From: Nemertoderma westbladi
Lineage: Eukaryota; Animalia; Xenacoelomorpha
NCBI GenBank assembly: GCA_032718475.1
Contig: JAUCBJ010004614.1
Location: 7,797-71,796, forward strand
Direction: 5' to 3'
Length of the DNA: 64,000 bases
Of this stretch, positions 1 through 12,322 are shown in pieces. How positions within the stretch are numbered: position 1 is the stretch's first letter; every line of letters starts with the position of its first letter. The notes beneath the pieces are model-generated. The model worked only from the letters and a program-made list of their open reading frames with translations, was not told where the DNA came from and made no database searches. The translations under genes were made by a program, and so were the position numbers.

Positions 1-421
1 ACGAAACTTCCTGTTCGATTTCCTTCGACCGCAACACTCGTTGTTCAACTACTTTACCCGACTAGTCGAGCAGTACACGAAGGTGCTGATCCCGCCTAAA
101 GATTTAGTTAGAAACCTGATTGAAGATTCCAAGGATTATAAGCGCGTTATGGTTGCCGTTAAAGAGCGAGTTGATTGGAAGACTGCGCAAGAGCGTAAAC
201 GCGCGGAGGAACAGCGTCGCTTGGAGAAGGAGCGTGTCTCGTACGCGCAGATTGATTGGCACGATTTCGTTGTCGTGGAGACAGTGGACTTTCATCCCAG
301 CGAGTACGCTAATCTGCTCCCGCCCACGACGCCGGATAAAGTCGGTACGAGGAGTTTGTACCACGAGCGGAAGCAGAACAATCAGATAGAAAGCGACGAA
401 GAAGAGACACTGGGGAAACAG
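1..421 (+). CDS. SF3A1: Splicing factor 3A subunit 1 (SF3a120/Prp21), internal exon open at the window start
   Basis: Frame from position 2 reads RNFLFDFLRPQHSLFNYFTRLVEQYTKVLIPPK (second SURP domain end) and YAQIDWHDFVVVETVDF (PRP21-like region); ends at CAG|GTCGGT donor (phase 0). Confidence 0.95.
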
Positions 422-1511
422 GTCGGTGGATTAATATTCTATTTATCTTGCGTATTGCAGTATTGGATTATAATAGGTTTTTTATTTCATTTTCCGCTTA
501 ACACCGGCTTAAATATAGCTGTTGTGCTTATATTTTGTATAAGGAGCTAGTACATATCTGACCAGTTTCAGCTTTAACGGATTAAATCAAAGAAATGGGA
601 GGACATTTAATGTGTAGACAAGACATATGTAGCCCTCTAGTGGGAGTATTTTATGTTACTGATGATGTCTGTACTTATCTTTTTATATTTCACTTGGCCT
701 TAACCATTAACATACAGGTACCACTAACTCAATCGGTGTGTCTGTTGTTCTGTCGATCTGCCGTTCTGTTGTGTCCAATTTTAAACGTTAATAACTCAGC
801 CAAATGTTAATGAAATTTAACCAAACTTAGTACACATGTAGTCTGGCCAAAGTTTAGAAATTTTCCAAGTTGAATTTCCGTGTGGCCTTCGAGAAGCTAA
901 GATAATAGCAGTTAATTAGGCCTAGTTAATTAAGTTGATTAGGGTAAAATCAGCAATTTCAACCTGCCTCTTAAAGGATATTAATTATTTTCTAGTATAA
1001 GATTTAAATAATTATACTTCAAAATTATATAACTGTATTCCCCATACATACAACATTCCATTATAGTTTTTAATTAGTTCAAGATATTTGCTTTAAGAAA
1101 TGTGTTTTTAATTGATCTAAACGTAATTAAGTTATCAAAATGCCACCGTATCTCTACACGTCCAGCTCCCTCATTCATTGGCATGCTTGATATTGCCTAG
1201 CCTATCTGCTGGCCAGGGATCGTACGGTAGTAAATTTTTGCGGTAGCGGTAACGGTATGGCTTTGCGGTAGCGGTATTTACCGCGGTAGCGGTAGTTCGG
1301 TAGCAAAAAATTTAGCTGGATTAATGAAGTTACAGTAGAATAACCATTAATAAGGAGAATTGAAAAATACAAATTCTTCGAATTTCAATGAAATATCGAC
1401 CGAAACGTTGAAACCTGCTATTCTTCACGTCATGGGCGCCACTCGCACGAAACGCTAGTTAATAATAATTCAATTATTTATTTATCGGTTTCAATTACTT
1501 TTCTGTTTCAG
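422..1511 (+). other. SF3A1: GT-AG spliceosomal intron of SF3A1
   Basis: Starts GTCGGT at 422, ends TTTTCTGTTTCAG at 1511; AT-rich; splicing joins the two exons in frame (1512 is in frame with ORF 1686..3047). Confidence 0.9.
950..1125. repeat. Dispersed repeat fragment in the SF3A1 intron, with a diverged copy at about 58045-58215
   Basis: Shared blocks such as aaggatat..aattattttc, aaaattata..ctg...tccccatac, cattccattat.gtttt..attag.tcaag at both places. The surrounding intron has GTCT-like microsatellite and a CTAG-T end at 1455-1459, suggestive of a Helitron/Helentron-type element. Confidence 0.5.
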
Positions 1512-3047
1512 GAGGAAATTGAAGACGAATCTAGTGAAGAGGAAGAAACCAGTGAAAGTGATAGCGAAGAAGATAAAGCCGAGGAGGAAGGTAAAGTCGT
1601 TGAAAAGAACGCGGAGAAACCCACAGAGTCGGCGGCTGCGGATGTACACGGTAAACCGATAGCGCCTCCAGCGGTTAACGACGATATGGACCTGAGTAGC
1701 GACGAGGAGGAGGCGGTTAGCAGCGAGCGAGGCAAGGTCTCGGTTGCCACGGCACCGGAGCGGGTCAAGGTGACCCAACCGGTTGCCACGGCGCCGTTGG
1801 TGGTCCGCGACTACGACCCCCACCAGAGCAGACAGCTGACCGCGGACCAGTACACGATATCGCCGCTAACCGGGGAGCGGGTCCCCGTGGATCAGTTCAA
1901 GGAGCACATGCGGGTCGGGTTGCTGGATCCCAAGTGGCTGGAGCAGCGGGACAAATCGATGCGGGACCGGCACGCCAAGGAGGAGGTGTACGCGGCGGGT
2001 TCCTCGATCGGGGCCACGCTCAAACAGTTCGCGGAGCGGCGGACGGATATCTTCGGGATCGGAGACGAGGAGACCATAATCGGGAGGAAGATCGGCGAGG
2101 AGGAGTTGCCGAGAGCCGCGGATAAGGTCGTCTGGGACGGCCACTCCGCCAGCATGGAGTCGGTGACGCGGAAAGCGCAAGCGAATATAAGTCTCGATGA
2201 ACAGATAAAGGCGATACATCGGTCGAAAGGGTTGGTGCCGGATCGCGAGAAGGAGAAGATAGGTCCGTCGGTGCCGGCCCCCCAGGGGGCAGGGAGGGGG
2301 CAGCCGCAGGGGGTCGGGAGGGGGCAGTTCCAACCGCCCCCTCGGGGGGCTCAGCCGTCCCTCCCGCCGGCTCCCTCAGCCGCCACAGAGCCGCCCCGTC
2401 CGCCCCCAATCCATCCTTCTCGACTACAACGCAACGTGGTTCTCCAGCAGTCCTCCGGGCTGCCACCCTCGCTACCCCCATCGCTGCGCCCCTCGCTGCC
2501 CCCCTCGCTACCCCCTCCTTCCGTGGGACCCCCCGCTTTCTCTATCCCCCTCCCGAAGCCCCACCAGCTCGTTATCCCCGCGCCCCCCTCCGTTCTCCTC
2601 ATCCAGGAGCCCCTAGCGATCCCCATCCCCCTCGGGATCCCCCGCGCCATCCCGGTGGGACGCCCCCCGGTGCCCCCCATCGAGCCCCCCTCAGAGGAAC
2701 CCGCCTCGAAGCGACAACGCACTGAGGACACGCTCCTCCCCGAGAACCAGTTCCTCCAGCTGCACCAATCGGAGCCGGTTACGGTGCGGATCTCGGTACC
2801 CACGGTGAAGGATAAACCGGACTGGAAGATGCACGGCCAGATGGTCACCTTCAGGATGCCGCTAACCGACGCGGTGTCCGTGGTCAAAGCGAAACTAATG
2901 GAGGAACTCAACGTCCCTATTGGGAAACAGAAACTCCAACTGGAGGGAATGTTCCTTAAGGACCAGAACTCCTTAGCTTTTTATAATCTAACGAACGGAA
3001 GTTTGATTTACCTGCAGCTCAAAGAGCGGGGAGGTCGAAAGAAATAA
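1512..3047 (+). CDS. SF3A1: SF3A1 terminal exon (acidic linker, conserved SPLTGE..HMR..LLDP.W region, Pro-rich tract, C-terminal ubiquitin-like domain)
   Basis: Motifs ISPLTGERVP..EHMRVGLLDPKWLEQR, AERRTDIFG, VVWDGHS.S, and the UBL ending LQLKERGGRKK-stop, characteristic of SF3A1. Confidence 0.96.
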   Translation, partial: EEIEDESSEEEETSESDSEEDKAEEEGKVVEKNAEKPTESAAADVHGKPIAPPAVNDDMDLSSDEEEAVSSERGKVSVATAPERVKVTQPVATAPLVVRDYDPHQSRQLTADQYTISPLTGERVPVDQFKEHMRVGLLDPKWLEQRDKSMRDRHAKEEVYAAGSSIGATLKQFAERRTDIFGIGDEETIIGRKIGEEELPRAADKVVWDGHSASMESVTRKAQANISLDEQIKAIHRSKGLVPDREKEKIGPSVPAPQGAGRGQPQGVGRGQFQPPPRGAQPSLPPAPSAATEPPRPPPIHPSRLQRNVVLQQSSGLPPSLPPSLRPSLPPSLPPPSVGPPAFSIPLPKPHQLVIPAPPSVLLIQEPLAIPIPLGIPRAIPVGRPPVPPIEPPSEEPASKRQRTEDTLLPENQFLQLHQSEPVTVRISVPTVKDKPDWKMHGQMVTFRMPLTDAVSVVKAKLMEELNVPIGKQKLQLEGMFLKDQNSLAFYNLTNGSLIYLQLKERGGRKK

Positions 3048-3082
3048 ACAAATAGTTCCGTTATATATACCGGTACAATAAA
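3043..3082 (+). terminator. Candidate polyadenylation signals of SF3A1
   Basis: AATAAA at 3043-3048 (overlapping the stop codon) and at 3077-3082. Confidence 0.55.
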
Positions 3083-3109
3083 CAAACTGATCTAAATATC
3101 CATCAATTA

Positions 3110-6100
3110 TTATCTATATTTCCTCCATCGATATTTCCCCCATCTATATTTCCCCCATCTATATTTCCCCATCTATATTTCCCCCATCTATATTTCCCCC
3201 ATCTATATTTCCCCCATCTGTATTTAGATTTACCCATCTATATTACCCCATCTATATTTCCCCCATCTATATTTCCCCATCTATATTTCCTCCATCTATA
3301 TATTTCCCCCATCTATATTTCCCCATCTATATTTCCTCCATCTATATTTCCTCCATCGATATTTCCCCCATCTATATTTCCCCCATCTATATTTCCCCAT
3401 CTATATTTCCTCCATCTATATTTCCCCCATCTATATTTCCCCATCTATATTTCCCCCATCTATATTTCCTCCATCTATATTTCCCCATCTATATTTCCTC
3501 CATCTATATTTCCCCCATCTATATTTCCCCATCTATATTTCCCCCATCTATATTTCCTCCATCTATATTTCCCCATCTATATTTCCTCCATCTATATATT
3601 TCCCCCATCTATATTTCCCCCATCTGTATTTACCCATCTATATTACCCCATCTATATTTCCCCCATCTGTATTTCCCCATCTATATTTCCCCATCTATAT
3701 TTCCCCATCTATATTTCCCCCATCTATATTTCCCCATCTATATTTCCTCCATCTATATTTCCCCCATCTATATTTCCCCCGTCTATATTTCCTCCATCGA
3801 TATTTCCCCAATCTATATATATATTTCCCCCGTCTATATTTCCTCCATCGATATTTCCCCAATCTATATATATATTTTCCCCATCTATATTTCCCCCATC
3901 TGTACTTCCCCATCTATATTTCCTCCATCTATATTTCCCCCATCTATATTTCCTCCATCTATATTTCCCCATCTATATTTCCCCCATCTATATTTCCCCA
4001 TCTATATTTCCCCCATCTATATTTCCCCATCTATATTTCCCCATATATATTTCCTCCATCTATATTTCCTCCATCTATATTTCCCCCATCTATATTTCCT
4101 CCATCTATATTTCCTCCATCTATATTTCCCCCATCTATATTTCCTCCATCTATATTTCCCCCGTCTATATTTCCTCCATCGATATTTCCCCAATCTATAT
4201 ATATATTTTCCCCATCTATATTTTCCCCATCTGTACTTCCCCATCTATATTTCCTCCATCTATATTTCCCCCATCTATATTTTCCCCATCTGTACTTCCC
4301 CATCTATATTTCCTCCATCTATATTTCCCCCATCTATATTTCCTCCATCTATATTTCCCCATCTATATTTCCCCATATATATTTCCTCCATCTATATTTC
4401 CTCCATCTATATTTCCCCCATCTATATTTCCCCATATATATTTCCTCCATCTATATTTCCTCCATCTATATTTCCTCCATCGATATTTCCCCAATCTATA
4501 TATATATTTTCCCCATCTATATTTCCCCCATCTATATTTCCTCCATCTATATTTCCCCCATCTATATTTCCCCATCTATATTTCCCCCATCTATATTTCC
4601 CCCATCTGTATTTACCCATCTATATTACCCCATCTATATTTCCCCCATCTGTACTTCCCCATCTATATTTCCTCCATCTATATTTCCCCCATCTATATTT
4701 CCTCCATCTATATTTCCCCCATCTATATTTCCCCATCTATATTTCCCCCATCTATATTTCCCCATCTATATTTCCCCATATATATTTCCTCCATCTATAT
4801 TTCCCCCATCTATATTTCCCCCATCTATATTTCCCCCATCTGTATTTACCCATCTATATTACCCCATCTATATTTCCCCCATCTGTATTTCCCCATCTAT
4901 ATTTCCCCATCTATATTTCCCCATCTATATTTCGCCCATCTATATTTCCCCATCTATATTTCCTCCATCTATATTTCCCCCATCTATATTTCCCCCGTCT
5001 ATATTTCCTCCATCGATATTTCCCCAATCTATATATATATTTCCCCCGTCTATATTTCCCCCATCTATATTTCCCCATCTATATTTCCCCCATCTATATT
5101 TCCCCATCTATATTTCCCCATATATATTTCCTCCATCTATATTTCCTCCATCTATATTTCCCCCATCTATATTTCCTCCATCTATATTTCCTCCATCTAT
5201 ATTTCCCCCATCTATATTTCCTCCATCTATATTTCCCCCGTCTATATTTCCTCCATCGATATTTCCCCAATCTATATATATATTTTCCCCATCTATATTT
5301 CCCCCATCTGTACTTCCCCATCTATATTTCCTCCATCTATATTTCCCCCATCTATATTTCCTCCATCTATATTTCCCCATCTATATTTCCCCCATCTATA
5401 TTTCCCCATCTATATTTCCCCCATCTATATTTCCCCATCTATATTTCCCCATATATATTTCCTCCATCTATATTTCCTCCATCTATATTTCCCCCATCTA
5501 TATTTCCTCCATCTATATTTCCCCCATCTATATTTCCCCATCTATATTTCCCCCATCTATATTTCCCCCATCTATATTTCCCCATCTATATTTCCTCCAT
5601 CTATATTTCCCCCATCTATATTTCCCCCGTCTATATTTCCTCCATCGATATTTCCCCAATCTATATATATATTTCCCCCGTCTATATTTCCTCCATCGAT
5701 ATTTCCCCAATCTATATATATATTTTCCCCATCTATATTTCCCCCATCTGTACTTCCCCATCTATATTTCCTCCATCTATATTTCCCCCATCTATATTTC
5801 CTCCATCTATATTTCCCCATCTATATTTCCCCCATCTATATTTCCCCATCTATATTTCCTCCATCTATATATTTCCCCCATCTATATTTCCCCCATCTAT
5901 ATTTCCCCCATCTATATTTCCCCATCTATATTTCCCCCATCTATATTTCCCCATCTATATTTCCTCCATCTATATATTTCCCCCATCTATATTTCCCCCA
6001 TCTATATTTCCCCCATCTATATTTCCCCCATCTATATTTCCTCCATCTATATATTTCCCCCATCTATATTTCCCCCATCTATATTTCCCCCATCTATATT

Positions 6101-7280
6101 TCCTCCATCGATATTTCCCCCATCTATATTTCCCCCCTCTATTTCCCCCATCTATATTTCCTCCATCTATATTTCCCCCATCTATATTTCCCCCATCTAT
6201 ATTTCCCCCATCTATATTTCTTCCATCTATATTTCCCCATCTATATTTCCCCCATCTATATTTCCCCATCTATATTTCCTCCATCTATATATTTCCCCCA
6301 TCTATATTTCCCCCTCTATTTTCCCCCAACTATATTTCCCCCGTTTATATTTCCCCCATCTATATATATATTTCCCCATCTATATTTCCCCCATCTATAT
6401 TTCCTCCATCTATATTTCCCCCATCTATATTTCCCCCATCTATATTTCCTCCATCTATATATTTCCCCCATCTATATTTCCCCCATCTATATTTCCCCCA
6501 TCTATATTTCCCCCATCTATATTTCCCCCATCTATATTTCCTCCATCTATATATTTCCCCCATCTATATTTCCCCCATCTATATTTCCCCATATATATTT
6601 CCCCATCTATATTTCCCCCATCTATATTTCCCCCATCTATATTTCCTCCATCTATATTTCCTCCATCTATATATTTCCCCCTTCTATATTTCCCCCATCT
6701 ATATTTCCCCCATCTATATTTCCCCCATCTATATTTCCTCCATCTATATATTTCCCCCATCTATATTTCCCCCATCTATATTTCCCCCATCTATATTTCC
6801 CCCATCTATATTTCCCCCATCTATATTTTCCCCATCTATATTTCCTCCATCTATATTTCCTCCATCTATATATTTCCCCCATCTATATTTCCCCCATCTA
6901 TATTTCCCCCATCTATATTTCCCCCATCTATATTTCCTCCATCTATATATTTCCCCCATCTATATTTCCCCCCTCTATTTTCCCACAACTATATTTCCCC
7001 CGTTTATATTTCCCCCATCTATATATATATTTCCCCATCTATATTTCCTCCATCTATATTTCCTCCATCTATATATTTCCCCCATCTATATTTCCCCCAT
7101 CTATATTTCCCCCATCTATATTTCCCCCATCTATATTTCCTCCATCTATATATTTCCCCCATCTATATTTCCCCCATCTATATTTCCCCCCTCTATTTTC
7201 CCCCAACTATATTTCCGCTCTCTATATTTCCTCCATCGATATTTCCCCCATATATATTTCCCCCATCTACATTTCCCCCC
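3110..7280. repeat. Minisatellite/satellite array, about 15-bp unit CATCTATATTTCCCC with higher-order structure
   Basis: Hundreds of 14-17-bp variants; blocks recur at offsets of 1077 bp (4017/5094) and 1848 bp (3724/5572). The GKYRW/GNIDG ORFs are translation artefacts. Confidence 0.97.
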
Positions 7281-8299
7281 TCGCGTGGCCGTGTTTCAGG
7301 TACATCAGCTCACTGTTTCTCGAATTTGTTCAGAATTTCCCGATTTTCCCTTGAAGTTGCTTGTTGATATGGATATTTCATATTTGTATTCTATTACGTT
7401 TGTATAAGCGAATTATTAGGAAGCTACGATTTATAATATTTTAAACTGTTTCATATTATTTAGCCGATATTATTCCTTAGTTTGGTACATTGCATGGGGG
7501 ATTATTTTGGGATAGTTTATATATTTCCGGTTATTTTTATAGGTAAAATGCTTTGTGCGAATAGATAACAATGATCTGACCGGTGCGCCACTGGTATCAT
7601 TGGGATTTTTACCCAGTGAACGAATTCTACACTGTACAGGTTGATGATGTATATTGAAATACTGAGTACCTCGATCAGTTGGAATTAATCTCGTGTGACA
7701 GATATGATAATTATCTTGTAACCCATAAATCGCCTATATGGTTAACATAAATTTAAACAATTTGTAAAATAACTTTTATTCTTAAATTGTTACTTTTTGA
7801 CGTTAAAATTGAGTACATTTTTTCATTAGGTGAATAACGTAACCCATAGGTCGCATTGATTTTACTTTTTCCCCGGCTCAAGAAAAAAGTTAAATAAGAA
7901 TAAATGTGAAAATATTTTGGTGGAATTTCTTAAATTTTATTATATGTGTTGAAAGAGCATTGTTTGCAAGTAATTTGAGTAAAATCCATTGTAACGTTAG
8001 AAACACAATATCAATATCTAATATTGGCTTATATAGTTAGTTTTCTAGTTACGTAATAAATATTCGAGAACACTAAATTATCTAACATTGAGTGAGGTGC
8101 AGTAGCATCAAGAGTTGAAGAATACAGTAATTTGAATCAGTCGGGTGTGTGTCCTAAGACAATGGAGTGGGATATCATATACAGGTATTAACTAATCACT
8201 CAAAGGAAAGTACGGCATACGGGGCAACAGTGGTTTCTAAAACACTGTATATAGATATTATTTGAGGCATGGTTGCCGTAATATTGCAAGAGCACGGGT

Positions 8300-8661
8300 C
8301 AGAGGCGTAAGGAAGGGGGGGGGGGGGGGGGGGCGATCCCCCGGGCGCACTCACCCAGGGGCGCTGAAATGTCAGGGAATTTTCATTGATACAGTATTTA
8401 CAGTATATGTGTCATAAGCGAAAAAGTGGACACTTTTTCTCGGCTCTCTTCGCACGCCATTATATATATTATTTATAAGTGCACTGTATTAAACTTGTGT
8501 GAAATAGATTTGATATCGTTATACAGTATACTGTTAGATATATAATATGTAAGAAAACAACGTCATAAAATAAAAGTTAAAATTATTGAAGGTAGGGGGG
8601 GGGGGGGGGCGCCATCTCAGCTTCATTCCCCTGGGTGCCAGAAGGGCTCGCTACGCCTCTG
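8300..8661. mobile_element. hAT-type MITE
   Basis: TIR CAGAGGCGTA...TACGCCTCTG with G-runs and GGCGC motifs inside both ends; flanks CACGGGT / CACGGGA resemble a degenerate TSD; related element at 56742-57243. Confidence 0.75.
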
Positions 8662-8782
8662 CACGGGAATAATGTTGTTAATATACAATAATAATGTTAT
8701 AATAATAATGTTACTTTCCTTTAAGTGATTAGTTAAAGGCCAAAATATGATATCCCACTCCATAGCGAATAAATTGGTCTTC

Positions 8783-8860
8783 CGTGCTGCTAGCTCAGTT
8801 GTCTTAGGACACATAATCGGAAGTTTGAAACCTAGGTACCGGGTTCGAACCCCAATAGGG
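8783..8860 (+). mobile_element. tRNA-derived SINE-like head (Pol III A and B boxes)
   Basis: A box TAGCTCAGTTG at 8791 and B box GGTTCGAACCC at 8842; no convincing cloverleaf. Lies in an approximately 920-bp segment absent from the paralogous region at about 53550 and bounded by AGTAATTTGA direct repeats. Confidence 0.55.
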
Positions 8861-9806
8861 TCGGTTGATATTTTTCGCTATGGAGAGTATTATCATATTG
8901 TGGGGTGAGTCAAAACTGCGAGCCATCAGCGAACAGTTATAATTATACTAACGATGGCCATTTGCCAAAAGTCTGTGTATTATAATTGTTCGCAAGATGG
9001 CTTGCAGCTTTTGCTGCACGAGGGCCCCACTAGTGTTATATTACATTATAAGTAATTTGAGTCGGAGTAACTATGGAAGTAATATAGTAAAATACTAATA
9101 CTAGTTAAATTTATTTTTTAACACTTAATCGCTCTATATCTTAAAACAGAGTTATGCAACAAAAAGCACAAATTTAAGAATAAAATTCCGTATTACATTG
9201 GAAAAAATGTAGAATATTTTTTTCAATATTCTCAACCCTTTTTTAACCTCGCTGGCGCTCGGTAATAAAATACCTTAATAGTGAAACTGAAAACAGGTTC
9301 TATATTTTTCCGTTGTTTTTGACTAAGATTTTTGAATCACAATAATTTATTATACTAAACGAACATCCCCACCCCTCTGTTGAAATATTGATAATACAAT
9401 ATGCTAGCTGTTACATCATGCACCCTCAGTCGACCAGGTACTAAACTGCTCGATATTTGTTTAGTTAGTTATCACAGCAGCTCATCGGCCAACAATTATG
9501 TAGTTGACTGAATGTTTTGAAAATTACGGAAAATTTTACTAGAGTGACTACTAGAGTAGAGAGACTACTGAATCATGTTTTTGCAGTAGACACGCTGTCT
9601 AATACAGCATCATTAACAATTGTTATTATAGTATCATAGGCGTATCACATAGACAACATAATAATTTTTTTCACCAATACCCAAAACCTCGACAATTATT
9701 ATTCCACATTAACAATGAATGTTAATAATATCTAATAATTTGATAATATTAATATTTATTCTATTATATTCTTCTGTCTGTTGCTCCTATAACACATCTA
9801 TCTCTG

Positions 9807-10136
9807 TTACGGGGCCTTTTTCTTTCTTCTATCTCTATGCAGGGCTGTTTCGCCAAATGATGCACTTTTAGGGCTTCTTCTCTCTGGGCCTGATTTCCCT
9901 GTTTTAGGATTTCCATCTGGATCCGGGTCTGTTTCGCCAGAACCTTTTGTTTTCGATCTTCTATCTCTATCCAGGGCCGCTTCTCCAAAAGCTGCTTTAG
10001 CTCTTCTATCTATAGACAGCGCCCGTTTTTTAGATCTTCTATCGATATCCGAGGCCGTGTTGATTAAAGCTTCTGCCAATACAGCTATACATAGGCCTAC
10101 CACTAGAACCGCCATCATTGTCCCCTTTTCCCCCAT
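9807..10136 (-). CDS. Putative secreted peptide precursor, paralogue 1
   Basis: Splice acceptor TTTTTAG|G at 10146/10145, ATG at 10136, hydrophobic signal peptide MMAVLVVGLCIAVLAEA, then repeats separated by IDRR/RDRR/PERR; frame conserved in the paralogues. Confidence 0.65.
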   Translation of the reverse strand: MGEKGTMMAVLVVGLCIAVLAEALINTASDIDRRSKKRALSIDRRAKAAFGEAALDRDRRSKTKGSGETDPDPDGNPKTGKSGPERRSPKSASFGETALHRDRRKKKAP

Positions 10137-10476
10137 TCTCTTCACCTAAAAATAGATTATGAACAGTATTTATGCATAGATAGACCCCATGTATGAATGT
10201 ACAGAGCTATTGAACTGAATACTTTGACCAGAAATATAAAGGATCCCAGGTGCGGTGCTTAACCCAAGGAGACCCAGATGCGCATATCGCTTCTATTTGA
10301 AAAGGGATAGTAAAAGTGTCTGAAAATCAATCAGAAAATCTGAAAAATAGGCGGTCTATTGAAATATTACGATTTTTCTGCGGAAACTTTAGACTGAATG
10401 AGTTTTATTTGAAAAAGATAACTTACAGTTTTAGGCAAGTACATGGCACCAAAATGAGTGATTTATAAGTATTTAT

Positions 10477-11143
10477 TTACTTTAAGGTAAACTTGTCAAT
10501 TATCTCCTTGGAGTCAGCTAGACGACTGTGGTTTTCAGTTGTGTACCCTTCAGTCACATACGGTTACGAAGTTTTCCACAATCCAGACGACATCCCCACC
10601 GTCGACCATGTGTACCGTGTAAGAGGATTTTTCTGGAAGCTATGGTGCATGGTGAGCAAATTCGCCTCACAACAGCCATCCTCAGGGCCGTTGATAATCC
10701 GAACTCTATCTCGGACGGTGAGAGAGATAGACCTCGCCTGTCTGTCCGGCCTCCGTCGTAGAGCTGCAGCCCAGATGTTATCCAATGGATACCACCAGAA
10801 AGTCTGCTGTGCAGCTAACTGTTGGCGCCCGAAAGACATATGTATATGCTGGCTCTGTCGTCATCCCGCAGTAGATAAAGACCACTCGAAAACCTGTTCA
10901 GCCATATGCTCCTTCAGCTTGGACCTCAGACTTGCCCTATTCCTCCTCTGTCTTAAAAATCCGGACCCCAGGATTTATAAATGAAGGAATTATTTTATTT
11001 TATCAAGTTTTTACCCCGTTAAACTAGGTTAACCTTAGTTATATCGCATTTTGTTTTTAATAAATATATTTATTAATAATGTATGTGTGCTTTAAATTTT
11101 ACTACTGTATATATCCATGAAGGATAATACAATCTTTTCGCTC
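10477..11143 (+). mobile_element. 5'-truncated non-LTR retrotransposon 3' fragment
   Basis: 12-bp direct repeat ATAAGTATTTAT at 10465-10476 and 11144-11155 (single copy at the paralogous empty site about 57515); ORF 10493..10984 has a ..PSVTYGYEVF motif and a C-terminal Cys/His finger (CWLC...H...C), followed by AATAAA. Confidence 0.65.
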
Positions 11144-12019
11144 ATAAGTATTTATCAGCCATATCGCATCGCTATCAAAAATAATTGCTTATTGTATAGG
11201 CATTGCGAGGTAGTTTGGTAGAATCTAATACTAAAGCTGAGAAACATAATATAATATTTTTGTTATTTTTTTTGTATCCCAAACGCCGAATACTGCTTAA
11301 CAACGATTTACGTGATGATTGTGCGTTCCAGTTCCAGAACAGTGCCGAACAGTGCCGTGTAGATTATTGACGTAGTGTAGGGTACAGTATTTACAGTCAA
11401 TCCTATTTACCGTATTTTAGGCCCTAACGTAAAACACAACGAAATTCTCAATCAATGCAAACGATACTTTTTGGTTGCAGTGTTTGAAATATTTTTGAGG
11501 TCAAAAATTCTGGTGGGAGAAGTTACATCTGTTACTGTACAGTAGTATCCCGGGAGAGAGGCAGCGTTAATAAACTTTCTATATTTGTACAGTAGTAGGC
11601 CGACTACCACCAAAATGACAATAACAATGATTGCTGTAAATGATCAGACAAATTGGCGTTGCTCTGAAAAATAGATTGGTAACTCCTGTATCTAGAAGTG
11701 AATGGTTCAGTTAATATATACTGTATATTCAATCTAATGTTGCTACGTAAAAAAACGCGTACCCTACTATTGGTATTTTGGTACAGATGAAATGCGAATT
11801 AATTTTTGATTTCCCCACCTCCTCAACTACAGTATTAAGTCGGTAAAATACCAATCATTGTTAAATAAGCATTCATTTTGTTGAACATTTTCCGATATAC
11901 TGTAGACATATATTTATGAATCATCTTAATTGAGTGTAGGCCTACAACTCGCGAGAAAGAGAGATAAATACCTTAAATCTCAACAGTTACAAAAAATATT
12001 ATTGTCATATTATTTGAAA

Positions 12020-12322
12020 ATACCGCCATATTTCCCATAAAGGTTTGAGAGAGTCTAGTGTTCCAGAAACTTGTACTATCCTTCTTTCAACATGCCCCAC
12101 CCATATGTGTCGCCTACATACAGTAGATGTTTCCGGGCTCCCGGACTATAAGTCCAACCTTTTCTGGAGGTTTCCTTGAAGACTTCACTGAAATTTTTCC
12201 CAATCACTCTCGTATAAAATTCCTTAAATAATTTATTTAAAGTTTCTTAATTTTGTAAGGAAGGAAGGAAGTGCTTCCTCTTGATTTGTGTGCGCGGTAT
12301 ATCGGGCCCACAGTATATATAT
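12020..12322 (-). promoter_or_regulatory. Conserved block upstream of peptide paralogue 1: candidate promoter/non-coding first exon
   Basis: Nearly identical to 55150-55430 upstream of paralogue 2, more conserved than neighbouring sequence, with TATA-like motifs at its upstream edge on the minus strand. Confidence 0.4.

Noticed and set aside
422-550. Hydrophobic C-terminal tail of ORF 41..550 as a transmembrane isoform
   Set aside because: Read-through into AT-rich intron past a good splice donor.
1491-2911. Long antisense ORFs over SF3A1
   Set aside because: Expected shadow ORFs of GC-rich coding sequence; no motifs.
3695-6959. Repetitive ORFs (GKYRW / GNIDG)
   Set aside because: Translations of a 15-bp satellite with constant frame-breaking unit-length changes.
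8783-8860. Functional tRNA gene
   Set aside because: A and B boxes are present but acceptor and anticodon stems do not pair, and it lies in a paralogue-specific insertion.
9764-9988. Alternative-frame ORF conserved at 54329-54529
   Set aside because: Conservation is explained by overlap with the signal-peptide frame; non-ATG start.
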